A DNA stretch of 64,000 nt from Mobula hypostoma (lineage: Eukaryota): NCBI RefSeq assembly GCF_963921235.1, contig NW_026948111.1:62001-126000 (forward strand), written 5' to 3'. A program made the position numbers and the translations under genes. Under the pieces are notes generated by a model. It was not told the DNA's origin and did not search any database. It saw only the letters and a list, made by a program, of their open reading frames with translations. This document shows, one piece after another, positions 13,138 to 23,087 of this stretch (its first letter is position 1; the number at the start of each line of letters is the position of its first letter).

Positions 13138-13158
13138 CTTAGTGCGTCGAACGGGTTG
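13138..13158 (-). CDS. dctn1: dctn1 microexon 7-equivalent, QPVRRTK
   Basis: 21 nt CAACCCGTTCGACGCACTAAG, acceptor GATGCAG| after a long pyrimidine-rich tract, donor AAG|GTGAGC. Human exon 7 encodes TTTRRPK. Confidence 0.88.
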
Positions 13159-13392
13159 CTGCATCACAACCAGAGGGAGCAGAGGAGGCGAGAGAAGACA
13201 CAAGCAGCAGTAGCATCGGCCAAACAGAACGGGAGCAGAAACAGAGAGAGAACAGCATCATAGGTTAGTGTGGAGTTGCATGTCAGTACAGCAGACAGCA
13301 GTGAAGGATCTAACAGTGAGGGACAACCTGGCCACACCACTCCACACAGCACTCACAGCTCACCCTGGGACAAGTCAACTGTGTATATCAGT

Positions 13393-13444
13393 ACACACAC
13401 CCAGTTTCTCTCTCTCACAAACACACACACACACTCACCCAGTT

Positions 13445-13490
<46 letters not shown>

Positions 13491-13740
13491 AGTTTCTCTC
13501 TCTCACACACACACACCCAGTTTCTCTCTCTCACACACACCCAGTTTCTCTCTCTCTCTCACACACACCCAGTTTCTCTCTCTCACACACACTCACACAC
13601 ACACCCAGTTTCTCTCTCTCACACACACACACACACACCCAGTTTCTCTCTCTCTCACACACACACACACACCCAGTTTCTCTCTCTCTCACACACACAC
13701 ACACACCCAGTTTCTCTCTCTCACACTCACACACCCAGTT

Positions 13741-13774
<34 letters not shown>

Positions 13775-13790
13775 CCCAGTCACACAACAC
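13393..13790. repeat. Compound microsatellite array CCCAGTTT(CT)n(CA)n
   Basis: About 11 units with variable CT and CA tract lengths. Confidence 0.95.
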
Positions 13791-13799
13791 ACAACAGGA

Positions 13800-15945
13800 A
13801 ATACAAAGGGCGAGTCAAAATGGTAATCTTATGGTAGTTATGGGAGATTTCAACATGCAGGTCCATTGGTAAAAATCAATGGATCTCAAGAGAGTGAGTT
13901 TGTTGAATGCCTAAGAGGTGGCTTTTTAGAGCAGTTTGTTGCTGAGCCTACTAGGGGATCAGCTATACTGGACTGGGTGTTATGTAATGAACCAGAGGTG
14001 ATTAGGGAGCTTAAGGTAAAAGAACCCTTAGGAACCCATGATCACAATATGATTGTGTTCAACTTTGAATTTGACAGAAAGAAAGTAAAGTCTGATGTAG
14101 CAGTATTTCAGTGGAGTAAGGGAAATTACAGTGATATGAGAGAGGAGTTGGCCAAAGTATATTGGAAGGAGCTGCTGGCAGGGATGTCAGCAGAGCAGCA
14201 ATGGTGTGAGTTTCTGGGAAAAATGAGGAAGATGTAGGACATATGTATTCCAAAAATGAAGGAATACTCAAATGGTAAAATAGTATAACGGTAGCTGACA
14301 CGGGAAGTCAAAGCTATTGTAAAAGGAAAAGAGAGGGCATACAACAACATAAAAATTAGTGGGAAGACAGATATTGGGAAGTTTTTAAAAACTTACAGAG
14401 ACCAACCAAAAATTTCACTAGAAGGGAAAAGATGAAATATGAAAGCAAGCTACCAAAATAATATCAAAGTAGATAGTAAAAGATTTTTCAAGTATGTTAA
14501 AATTAAAAGAGAAATGAGAGTGGATATTGGACCGCTAGAAAATGAGGCAGGAGAAATAATAATGGGGGACAAGGAGATGGCTGATGAACTCAGTGAGTAT
14601 TTTGCATCAATCTTCACTATGGAAGACATTAGCAGTATGTCTGATGTTGTCATGTGTGAAGGAATAGAAGTGACCATAAGATTTAGGAGCAGAGGTAGAC
14701 CATTCAGCCCATTGAGTCTGCTCCGCCATTCAATCATGGGCTGATCCACTTCATCCAGTCATACCCACTCCCCTGCTTTCCCCCCCTTATCCTTTAATGC
14801 CCTGGCTAATCAAAAACCTATCTATCTCTGCCTTAAATACACCCAATGACTTGGCCTCCACAGCCGCTCGTGGCAACAGATTCCACAGATTTACCACCCT
14901 CTGACTAAAGTAATTTCTCCGTATCTCTGTTCTAAAAGGACGTCCTTCAATTCTGAAGTTGTGCCCTCTTGTCCTACCATGGGAAATAACTTTGCCATAT
15001 CTAATCTGTTCAGGCCTTTTAACATTTGGAATGTTTCTATGAGATCCCCCCTCATTCTCCTGAACTCCAGGGAATACAGCCCAAGAGCTGCCAGACGTTC
15101 CTCATAGGGTAACCCTCTCATTCCTGGAATTATTCTCGTGAATCTACTCTCCAATGTCAGTATATCCTTTCTAAAATAAGGAGCCCAAAACTGCACACAG
15201 TACTCCAAGTATGGTCTCATGAGTGCCTTATAAAGCCTCAACATCACATCCCGGCTCTTATATTCTATTCATCTAGAAATGAATGCCAACATTGCATTCG
15301 CCTTTTTCACAACCAACTCAACCTGGAGGTTAACCTTTAGGGTATCCTGCGCAAGGACTCCCAAGTCACTTTGCACCTCTGCATTTTGAATTCTCTCTCC
15401 ATCTAAATAATAATCTGCCTGTTTATTTCTTCCAGCAAAGTGGCTGCAGTTATTGTTAAAAGAGAGAAGGTGCTCAAAAACTTGAAAGACCTAAAAGGTA
15501 CATAAGTCACCCGTACCAGATGAACTGCACCCTTGGGTTCTGAAAGAATTAGCATTAGAGATTGTGGTAGCATTAGAAATGATCTTTCAAAAATCATTGG
15601 ACTCTGGCAAAGTGCCAGAGGACTGGAAAATTGCAAATGTCACTCCACTCTTTAAGAAAGTAGGAAGGCAGCAGAAAGCAAATTATAGACCATTTGGCCT
15701 GACTTCAGTGGTTAGGAAGATGTTATGAATCAATTGTTAAGCATGAGGTAATGGAGTACTTGGTGACATAGAACAAAATTAAGGGAAAATCCTGCTTGAC
15801 AATCCTGTTGGAATTCTTTGAGGAGATTACAAGTAGGATAGATAAAGGGGATGCAGTGGATGTTGCATATGTGGACTTTCAGAAGGTCTTTGACAAGGTG
15901 CCACACATGAGGCTGCTTACCAAGATAACAGCCCATGGTATTCCA
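13800..15945 (+). mobile_element. Decayed CR1 LINE (endonuclease to RT), interrupted at 14673-15437
   Basis: VVMGDFN, ILDWVLCN and LGTHDHNMI endonuclease motifs, then an RT fragment with DFQKVFDKV. Confidence 0.9.
14673..15437 (-). mobile_element. 5'-truncated CR1 LINE nested antisense inside another CR1
   Basis: ORF 14891-15247 (LYKALMRPYLEYCVQFW); CTTATGG tail at 14673; flanked by AAGTG at 14668-14672 and 15438-15442. Confidence 0.9.
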
Positions 15946-16584
15946 ACACACAACACACCCCAGTCATAGAACACACTCCAGTCACACACCCTAGTCAGTC
16001 AACGTACACACAGACACACAAAGAGCTTGCACACCCAGTCACATAACACTCAAACCACACATATGTCCCACCCCAATAGTACACATCCACCCAATAGAAA
16101 GAACCTCTAGGAATCTTTCCCAAATGCACAGCCCTCCTCAAGACACCCCACCTGAAACACTAACAACTCCAGAAACAACCATCGCCCTCCCCAAACAGCA
16201 GCAGAAACACCAAACCTACAACGTCAAGTCCTTATTGAGGGATCAACACTTGTAACAGTGGGTCATTTCAAGTTCCTGGGTGGCAACACCTTTCAAGGTT
16301 TACCCTGGGCCCAAAATGTTGTGGCCAGTATGAAGAGGCCAAGACCGTGCCTGTATTTCATTAGGACTTTGATATTTGCTCTGTCACCAGACTACCAAAT
16401 TTCTACATATGTACTGCGATCATCTTGCATGATCTATCTGCTTGCATGATGATCAAAAAAGTGGTGTCCATCGTTGAGGAGGTACAGGAGCCTGACAACA
16501 CCCACTCTAAGTTTGAGGAACAGCCTCTTCCCCTACACCGCCAAATTTCTGAATGGACAATAAACCCATGAACACTCTCTCACT

Positions 16585-16765
16585 CAAAAACAAAAGAAAA
16601 TCTGCAGATGCTGGAAATCCAAGCAACACACACACAAACTGCTGGAGGATTTCAGTCAGCCAGGCAGCATCTATGGAAAAGAGTATCATTGACGTCTCAG
16701 CCCGAAATCTTCTCCAAAGATGCCGCCTGGCCTGCCAAGTTCCTCCAGCACTTTGTGTGTTGCAA
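16585..16765. mobile_element. Palindromic interspersed repeat (Penelope-terminus-like) with a deleted centre
   Basis: Inverted arms ACACACAAACTGCTGGAGGA...CAGGCAGCATCTATGGA and TCCAAAGATGCCGCCTGGCCTG...TTCCTCCAGCACTTTGTGTGT. It sits inside a Rex/L2-type 3' fragment (about 16215-16900). Confidence 0.6.
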
Positions 16766-17384
16766 TATCTCACTATTTCATTGCTCCTTTTTGTATTATT
16801 TATAAAAGGTATATCTGATGCATTGTACTCTATTGACTGTACTTCTACTACAAAACTAATTTCACATAATGTCAGCGATAATAGCCCTGATTTTGATTCA
16901 ATATTTCATGATTATCATGTAATTGATATCTCCCTCTGATGTTAGTGATCCCCAGAGCCACCCATTAACTGCAACCTTCCAAAGTACATCAGTTCACGGA
17001 TACCAGGATTAAACTCCACCTGATAATCAATACTGTTCTGTGAACCGAGAGCAGATTGCATGACCAATTCCCAATAAAACCAGAAGACAATTTGGCCATT
17101 CAGCCTATCAAGTCTGCTCCGCCATTCTATCATGGGCCGAAGTACATGTACTGTGCTGTTGTGTTCTATGGTCTAGATATACAAAGAGAGGGAAGAGTGG
17201 ATATTGGGCAGCTTTGGGAAAATACTAATGGGGAACGGGAGCTCATTGCATACTTTGCCCCAGTGTTCACGCCAGGGATATTTAAGAGGCTCATGGATGA
17301 GGCAGTTGTTATTGCATTGAGCTGCTGCTGCTAAGTTAACAAATTTCACTACAAACACCGGCGATAATACACCAGATTTCTGAT

Positions 17385-17630
17385 TCTGATTACAGCTCAG
17401 GGCTTCACAGCTTGGAGTTCAATTTCAGCATTCTCTATAAGAAGTTTGTATGTTCTTCTTGAGAGTGCAAGGGTTTCCCATGGCTGCTCCAGTTAGTGCC
17501 TGCAGTTCGAAGACATACCGGTGAATAAGTTAATGTACATTGTCCTGTGATTAGCTTCGGGTAAAATCAGTGGGTTGCTGTGAGGCACGGCTCAAAGGGC
17601 CATAAGGGCCTGACCCCGCTGTATCTGAAT
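17385..17630 (+). mobile_element. Degenerate V-SINE (HE1-like)
   Basis: B-box-like GGAGTTCAATT followed by V-domain-like GTTTGTATGTTCT...GGGTTTCCC...GCTCCAGTT...GAAGACAT. Confidence 0.6.
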
Positions 17631-18616
17631 GGTAGAGAAATCAAGGGTGATGCAGGAGGGAAGGGTTAGATTGATCTTGCAGTAGGTTAAAGGGTCAGCA
17701 CAACATGATGGGCTGAAGGGCCTGTACTGCTCTATGTTTCACGGTGTTAACACAGTCTAACTTCATCTCAAAGAGCAGTCTCATCCAGGCCAGGGTTCAG
17801 CCCACCAAATGAATCCCACACCCTCAGCCCACCAAACCCTCCAAGCTCCCACCTCACAGCTTTCAGCTCTTCCCCATTTAGCTGTCTGCTCAGCCGGGAA
17901 CAGCTTGTCATTCACGCCCAGCTGGGACAGACGCGGTATTCCCTTGCCACAGCAATCCTGCCCTGCCCTGCCCTGCCCTGAGCTGAGCTGAGCTGAGCTG
18001 ATGAGCAAATCTCTCTGTGCTGCTGCTGTTGCTGACCGGCACTCTCAGATGCTTACACGACGGGCTCATCCCTGCTTCCATCGGATACCATCCGGCCCCT
18101 ACACCTGTCATCAACGGCCATTTGAACTTCCATCCCCCTGCGCCGCTGTGCCCCGGAGCCCCGGATGTGCCCACAAACGCAGCACAGGATTGCACTGCGG
18201 GGCACGGACAAACTGCGCACTCGCCCGCACACGCACAGCTGACAGCCACGGTCAACCCAGGCACAGGGAGGGCAGACTCACGTGCACTGCACAAGGACAC
18301 ACTCACACACACCTTCACTGGGGAATGAGTCTTTCTCTCTCACTCTCTCTCACACACACACTCACTCCTGGCAGAGGCGGACGTAACACAGAGAAGCCAA
18401 GACCAGTACTGACCCAGACATCCTCACAACAACTGTGAGCTACACACAGGAAGAAAGCGCTTCACAAACACAGTATCACTAACTGTATTTATCATTTAAC
18501 CTCGGGAAAGGGGGGAAAAGGAACTGGGAATCTCTGGAACTGAGGTAGGGGATCACAGGATAAACAGTGTCAGGGAGCGAAGCATGCAGAGACAGGGAAG
18601 GAGGCTCTGTCAGTAC

Positions 18617-18634
18617 CTTTCTCGCGGCCGGAGT
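18617..18634 (-). CDS. dctn1: dctn1 microexon 6-equivalent, TPAARK
   Basis: 18 nt ACTCCGGCCGCGAGAAAG, acceptor GGCAG|, donor AAG|GTACTG. Human exon 6 encodes APTARK. Confidence 0.92.
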
Positions 18635-18646
18635 CTGCCTCATCAT
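18617..18646 (-). CDS. dctn1: Coding part of putative alternative first exon of the CAP-Gly-less p135-type isoform, MMRQTPAARK
   Basis: ATG ATG AGG CAG lies in frame directly upstream of microexon 6. As recalled, human p135 begins MMRQAPTARK. Confidence 0.8.
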
Positions 18647-18649
18647 TAT

Positions 18650-19000
18650 GCAAAAGACAGAGCGATGTTGTCAGTTGAAAGATGCGAGGGGCTGCAACAG
18701 CTGTTACCTGCACACAGCCACACACAGCGGGTGCAGCAATGGAGAAGGGACAGCCACTGCAGACATGCAGAATACAGTCTCCACACCAGCGAACAGCGCT
18801 CCCCGCTCTTACCCTCCGCTGCCCACACCCCTCCACGGATGCTGACGTCAGCCCTCTCTCCCTACCGACGCATGGCAGCTGGGGCACCTCCCCACCCTCT
18901 TCACTGCTCACTCCCCCAGGGGGCCAGCACCGTGCTGCTGTAACCTAGCAACACTGCACGGCAGCAGAGAGGCAGGCCGTCTGCTCGCTGCCCCACCCCC
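18650..19000 (-). promoter_or_regulatory. Putative internal promoter / 5' UTR for the p135-type isoform
   Basis: Non-repetitive GC-rich sequence upstream of the MMRQ start. Contains the palindromic CRE TGACGTCA (18843-18850) and an RFX X-box-like GTAACCTAGCAAC (18940-18952). Function is inferred. Confidence 0.55.
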
Positions 19001-19189
19001 TCATCTCAACAATGGGCCACATCCAGAGGGCTTACATTGCACTGCAGTCTGTAACATCCGTCAGCCTGACCCTAGGACTCTACCACAGCACAGGCACAAC
19101 CCTCCCCCTCTGGAACGTCCCCGTCACTCTCATCCTCACCCACACCCATCCCAGACTGGAACCCCACATCACCCGCCACTGCCCTCATA

Positions 19190-19690
19190 CAGGATCAGAC
19201 ACAAAGTGAAACTACCTCCTCACTGTCCCAGGGTCAGGCACAGAGAGAAGCTCCCTCCACACCATCCCATCACACACTCCCTGGGTCAGGCACAGGGTGA
19301 ATCACCCTCCACACAGTCTCATCAAACACACCCGGGGTCAGAAACAGAGTGAAGCTCCGACTACACAACTCCATCACACACTCCTGGGTTCAGACACGGA
19401 GTGAAGCTCCCTCCACACTGTCGCATCACATAATCCTGGGGTCAGACGCAGGGTGAAGTTCCCTCCTCACGGTCCCATCACACATTCCCAGGGTCAGACA
19501 CAGAGTGAAGCTCCCTCCACAGCATCATATGATGCACTCTGAAGGTCAGACACAGTGGGGCTCTATCTACACCATCCCAACACACTCTCCTGGGGTCGGA
19601 CACAGAGTGAAACTCCCTCCACACCATCCCATCACATCTGCAACACACTGAAGCACCCTCTACACAGTCCTACCACATTCTCCCAGTATA
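19190..19690. repeat. Degenerate tandem repeat, about 52-bp unit
   Basis: GGGTCAGACACAGAGTGAAGCTCCCTCCACACCATCCCATCACACACTCC-like units, about 9 copies. Confidence 0.85.
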
Positions 19691-20465
19691 CAGTCGGAGA
19701 ATGGGAGCGATGGTCACACTGACAGAGGGGACTATGTATAGTCGGTGATGGGGTGTGACAATTACAATGACAGAGGGAACTGTATACAGTCAAGAGAGTG
19801 ATTGTGACAGTCACACTGACAGAGGGAGCTGTGTACAGTCAGTGATGGGGTGCGACGGTCACACTGACAGAGGACTGTGTACAGTCAATGACAGGATGCC
19901 ATTGTCACACTAACAAAGGGTACTGTGTACAGTCGGCCATGGGGTGTAATGGTCATACTGACAGAAGGGATATGCACAGGCACTGATGTGGTGTGATAGA
20001 AACACAGACAGAGGGGACTGTGCAGTCTATGATGGGGTGTAATGGTTACACTGACAGAGGGGACTGTGCAGTCTATGATGGGGTGTAATGGTTACACTGA
20101 CAGAGGGGACTGTGCAGTCTATGATGGGGTGTAATGGTTACACTGACAGAGGGGACTGTGCAGTCTATGATGGGGTGTAATGGTTACACTGACAGAGGGG
20201 ACTGTGCAGTCTATGATGGGGTGTAATGGTTACACTGACAGAGGGGACTGTGCAGTCTATGATGGGGTGTAATGGTTACACAGACAGAGGGGACTGTGCA
20301 GTCTATGTTGGGGTGTAATGGTTACACTGACAGAGGGGACTGTGCAGTCTATGATGGGGTGTAATGGTTACACTGACAGAGGGGACTGTGCAGTCTATGG
20401 TGGGGTGTAATGGTTACACAGACAGAGGGGATTGTGGTGTGGCTGTCACACTATGTACGGTTGGT
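19690..20465. repeat. Minisatellite, 46-48 bp unit (same family as 35685-37445)
   Basis: CTGACAGAGGGGACTGTGCAGTCTATGATGGGGTGTAATGGTTACA; homogeneous block at about 20005-20430. Confidence 0.93.
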
Positions 20466-20469
20466 GGGC

Positions 20470-21165
20470 AAAAAAGTGGCAGATGGAATTTTGGAAAGTG
20501 TGTGGTCAAGCACTTTGGTAAAAGAAATAAAAGCCAAAAATCTGAGGCATAATGGGAGTTGGGAGTCCTTGTGCAGGATTCCCTGAAAGTTAATTTGCAG
20601 GTGAGTCTGTGGTGAGGAAGACAAATACAATGTTAGCATTCATTTCAAGAGGACTAAAATATAAAAGCAAGGATGAAGCTTTTTGCTGAAGCTTTATAAA
20701 GCAATGGTAAGTCCTACTTGCAGTACTGTGAGCAGTTTTGGGTCCCTTATCTAAGAAAGGATGTGCTAACATTGGAGAGGTTTCAAAGGAGGTTCATAAA
20801 ATTATTCTGGGATTGAAAGGCTTGTCATGTGAGGAGCATCTGATGGCTCTGGGCCTTTACCCACAAAAATTCAGAAGAATGAGGGGTGACCTCATTGAAA
20901 CCTATCGAATGGTGAAAGGCCTTGATACGGTGGCTGTGGAGAGGATGTTTCCTATGGTGGGAGAATCTCAGGCCGGAGGACACTGCCTCAGAATAGAGGG
21001 GCATCCTTTTAGAACAGAGATCAGGAGGAATCTCTTTAGTCAGAGAGTGGAGAATCTGCGGAATTCGTTGCCACAAACATTGTGGAGGCCAAGTTTTTCG
21101 GTACATTTAAGGCAAAAATTGATAGAATTGATAGTGGCCTAATTATGCTCCTATATCTTATGGCT
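20470..21165 (+). mobile_element. CR1 LINE 3' fragment
   Basis: ORF 20738-21142 with LGLYPQKFRRMRGDLIETY and NLFSQRVENL. Confidence 0.88.
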
Positions 21166-22143
21166 AATCCATTTTTCCTCTCAGCCGCAATCTCCTGCCT
21201 TCTCCACGTATCCCTTCATGCCCTGGCCAATCAAGGATCTATCAACCTCTGCTTTAAATATACATAAAGACTTGACATCCACAGCTGCCTGTGGCAAAGA
21301 TCTCCACAGATTCACCACTCTCTGACCAAAGAAATTACAAATGAACATAAATAAATAGGAGCAGGAGTCGGCCAACTGACCCGTCGAGCCTGCTCTGCAT
21401 TCAATACGATCATGGCTGATCTGGCCATGGACTCATCTCCACTTACCTGCCTTTTCCCCATAACCCTTATTTCCCCTACTATGCAAAAATCTATCCAACT
21501 TTGTCTTAAGTATATTTACTGAGGTAGCCTCCACTACTTCATTGGGTAGAGAATTCCACAGATAAGAGATGAATTCCTCCTCATCTCCGTTCTAACAGGA
21601 CACTCCTCTATTCTGAGGCTGTGTCCGCTTGTCTAGGTTCCCCCACCACAGGAAACTCTATCAAGGCCTTTCACCATGAGGTCACCCCTCATTCTTCTGA
21701 ATTTCAGTGAATACAGGGCCAGAGCCATCAGACGCTCTTCACATGACAAGCCGTTTAATCCCGGCATCATCTTCGTGATCCTCCTCTGAACCCTCGCCAG
21801 TTTCAGCACATCCTTTCGAAGATAAGGGGCCTAAAGCTGCCCACAATACTCCAAGTGAGGCCTACCAGTGCTTTATAATTTCTTAGCATTACACCCTTGC
21901 TTTTATAGTCTAGTACTCCTGAATTGAATGCTAACATTGCAGTTACCTTCCTCACCATAGACTCAACCCACAAATTAACTTTTATGGAATCCTGCACAAA
22001 GACTCCCAAATGCCTTTGCACCTCAGATTTTTGTTGTTTCGCTCCACTTAGAAAATAGTCTACGCTTTTATTTCTTCTACCCAGGTGCATGACCATACAC
22101 TTCCCAACATTCCATCTGCCACTTCTTTGCCCATTCTCCTAAT

Positions 22144-22481
22144 AAAGGTGTACAAGATAATAAGAGGAATAGATAGAGTGGATAGCCAGTGCCTCTTCCC
22201 CAGGGCACCACTGCTCAATACAAGAGGACATGGCTTTAAGGTAAGGGGTGGGAAGTTCAAGGGGGATATTAGAGGAAGGTTTTTTACTCAGAGAGTGGTT
22301 GGTGCGTGGAATGCACTGCCTGAGTCAGTGGTGGAGGCAGATACACTAGTGAAGTTTAAGAGACTACTAGACAGGTATATGGAGGAATTTAAGGTGGGGG
22401 CTTATATGGGAGGCAGTGTTTGAGGGTCAGCACAACATTGTGGGCCGAAGGGCTGGTACTGTGCTGTACTATTCTATGTTT
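22144..22481 (+). mobile_element. Short CR1-type 3' fragment (different subfamily)
   Basis: KVYKIIRGIDRVD...TRGHGFK...FFTQRVVGAWNALP; TATTCTATGTT tail; CTAAT on both sides. Confidence 0.85.
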
Positions 22482-22487
22482 CTAATC

Positions 22488-23087
22488 CAGGGGTCCTCAA
22501 CCTTTTTTGCACCGCGGACTGGTTTAATATTGACAATATTCTTGTGGAGCAGCTGACCGGGGGGGGGGGGGGGGGTGTGTTCAAGTAGGGTTAAACTCAC
22601 CTTAATATGTCGTTTACAGTTAGGGTTGCCAACCTTCTCACTCCCAAATAAGGGACAAAAGTAGCAGTCAAATACAGGACACCTGTGTTTACCCTGTAAG
22701 ACTACCATGACCATGAAGCCTTGCACGGGCACCTGTGTGCACATACGTGATGTGTGCACGTGATGTGCGCATGTGCCGATTTTTTTCCCACAAATCGGTT
22801 TTGGCTTGATCTTCCCGACTACACTGTACATACATTATTTCTACTTTATATAGGCTGTGTACTTATCATATCATTCCTGCTTTTACTATATGTTAGTGTT
22901 ATTTTAGGTTTTTATGTGTTTGGTATGATTTGGTAGGTTATTTTTTGGGCAAATACGGGGCAGTTGGCAACCCTATGTTAAAGTTCAACAGTGCGTGACA
23001 GGGAATGAGGAAAGGTGCAGCTGACTCATATCGTTTCCTCACGGCCCAGTAGCACATGCTTTGCAGCCCGGTGGCTGGGGACCACTG
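22488..23087. mobile_element. Non-autonomous hAT (Charlie-like) DNA transposon, 600 bp
   Basis: Termini CAGGGGTCCTCAACC and GGCTGGGGACCACTG form an imperfect inverted repeat; 8-bp flanks TTCTAATC / TCCTAATC. Confidence 0.8.
22621..22975. mobile_element. Internal MITE-like segment with perfect 13-bp inverted termini
   Basis: TAGGGTTGCCAAC (22621-22633) and GTTGGCAACCCTA (22963-22975); no clean target-site duplication seen. Confidence 0.65.

Noticed and set aside
12059..13872. Long ORFs up to 321 aa (Cys/Trp/Gly-rich or His/Thr-rich)
   Set aside because: Products of the 28-bp minisatellite and the CT/CA microsatellite; only the 21-nt microexon is supported.
16680..16720. Possible hammerhead ribozyme in the palindromic Penelope-like repeat
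   Set aside because: Only a CCCGAAA remnant is present; the CTGANGA core is missing in this copy.
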